Sequence record: CP125802.1 | Direction: 5' to 3' (one strand) | DNA length: 32,000 bases | In this document: piece after piece, positions 31,540-32,000 of the stretch | Layout: the number at the start of each line of letters is the position of its first letter | Numbering within the stretch: position 1 is the stretch's first letter | Position numbers and translations under genes: made by a program | The notes under the pieces: generated by a model | Databases searched by the model: none | Seen by the model: the letters and a program-made list of their open reading frames with translations, nothing else | What the model was told of the DNA's origin: nothing

Positions 31540-31613
31540 TGTTTCCAAAAAGATTTGAACTTTTATCAATAAAGCTTCAATTTATTGCTTTAACCAGGTT
31601 AAGCTATAGAAAC
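31540..31613 (-). tRNA. trnF: tRNA-Phe, anticodon GAA
   Basis: The acceptor stem is GTTTCTA/TGGAAAC. The anticodon arm is ATAAA-TTGAAGC-TTTAT. The T loop is TTCAAAT. Confidence 0.88.
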
Positions 31614-31619
31614 ATACTT

Positions 31620-31690
31620 AAGTCCAAGATGACTTGAACATCTAAATCTTCCTTATCAAGGAAACATTTTAACCTATTAAATTATGGACT
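31620..31690 (-). tRNA. trnI: tRNA-Ile, anticodon GAU
   Basis: The acceptor stem is AGTCCAT/TTGGACT. The anticodon arm is TTTCC-TTGATAA-GGAAG. The T arm is AGATG-TTCAAGT-CATCT. Confidence 0.85.
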
Positions 31691-31728
31691 TATATATATA
31701 TATATTTATATTTTTATTTATATATATA

Positions 31729-31875
31729 CTATAATTTTACTATTATATTTCTTATTATACTTATTTTTAATATATAAGGTAATATTATTGATGATACTAA
31801 TAATAATATTATAAATAATCCTATATATCCATAAAATAATGTATTTAAGAAGAAAAATGGTACTAATTGTGGCAT
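31729..31875 (-). CDS. atp8: ATP synthase F0 subunit 8 (48 aa)
   Basis: Hand translation gives MPQLVPFFFLNTLFYGYIGLFIILLLVSSIILPYILKISIIRNIIVKL followed by TAG. MPQLVPFYF is the canonical fungal Atp8 N terminus. At 49 codons it is too short for the ORF track. Confidence 0.9.
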   Translation of the reverse strand: MPQLVPFFFLNTLFYGYIGLFIILLLVSSIILPYILKISIIRNIIVKL

Positions 31876-32000
31876 TTTTTCTTTTATTTCTTGTTTTTGT
31901 TATTTATTCTATTTTATTTAATACTATTTATATAAATATTTTTTCTTTATCTATATTATTATATAATTTCATTATACTTTACTTTACTTTATATATATAT

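Overview
This window is AT-rich fungal (yeast-type) mitochondrial DNA, and every gene I can support is on the minus strand. The code is translation-table-4-like. TGA sits at conserved Trp positions, and a tRNA-Trp with a UCA anticodon is present. This is why the standard-code ORF track breaks real genes into pieces. Gene order in the direction of transcription (high to low coordinates) is: atp8, trnI, trnF, atp9, an aberrant trnM-like tRNA, a decayed tRNA copy, a free-standing LAGLIDADG ORF, trnL(UAG), trnN, trnS(UGA), trnY, nad6, nad1, trnA, trnD, trnS(GCU), trnR(ACG), nad4, trnC, trnL(UAA), trnQ, trnK, trnH, trnM, rps3/var1-like, trnP, trnR(UCU), trnV, rns, trnW, cob (1 intron), nad2, nad3, cox1 (6 introns, about 11 kb), atp6, and rnl (1 intron, cut by the window edge). 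Complex I genes together with GC clusters and a var1-like gene suggest a Saccharomycotina-type yeast that retains complex I; I cannot name the species. All coordinates, splice junctions and RNA folds were worked out by eye, so they need computational confirmation. The observations most worth a second look are listed here. (1) Near-identical ORF-less group I introns sit in rnl and cob, and one copy carries a 38-nt GC cluster that the other lacks. (2) A cox1 group II intron has an apparently intact RT/X/HNH ORF, but its domain V seems to be interrupted by a 43-nt hairpin. (3) GC-rich palindromic clusters are inserted in frame into homing-endonuclease ORFs and into rps3. (4) A trnM-derived tRNA has an 8-nt anticodon loop, and a decayed sibling lies next to it. 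(5) A UAG-anticodon tRNA has a short variable arm. (6) A (TA)n-TTTATTTAT module recurs just downstream of almost every gene.
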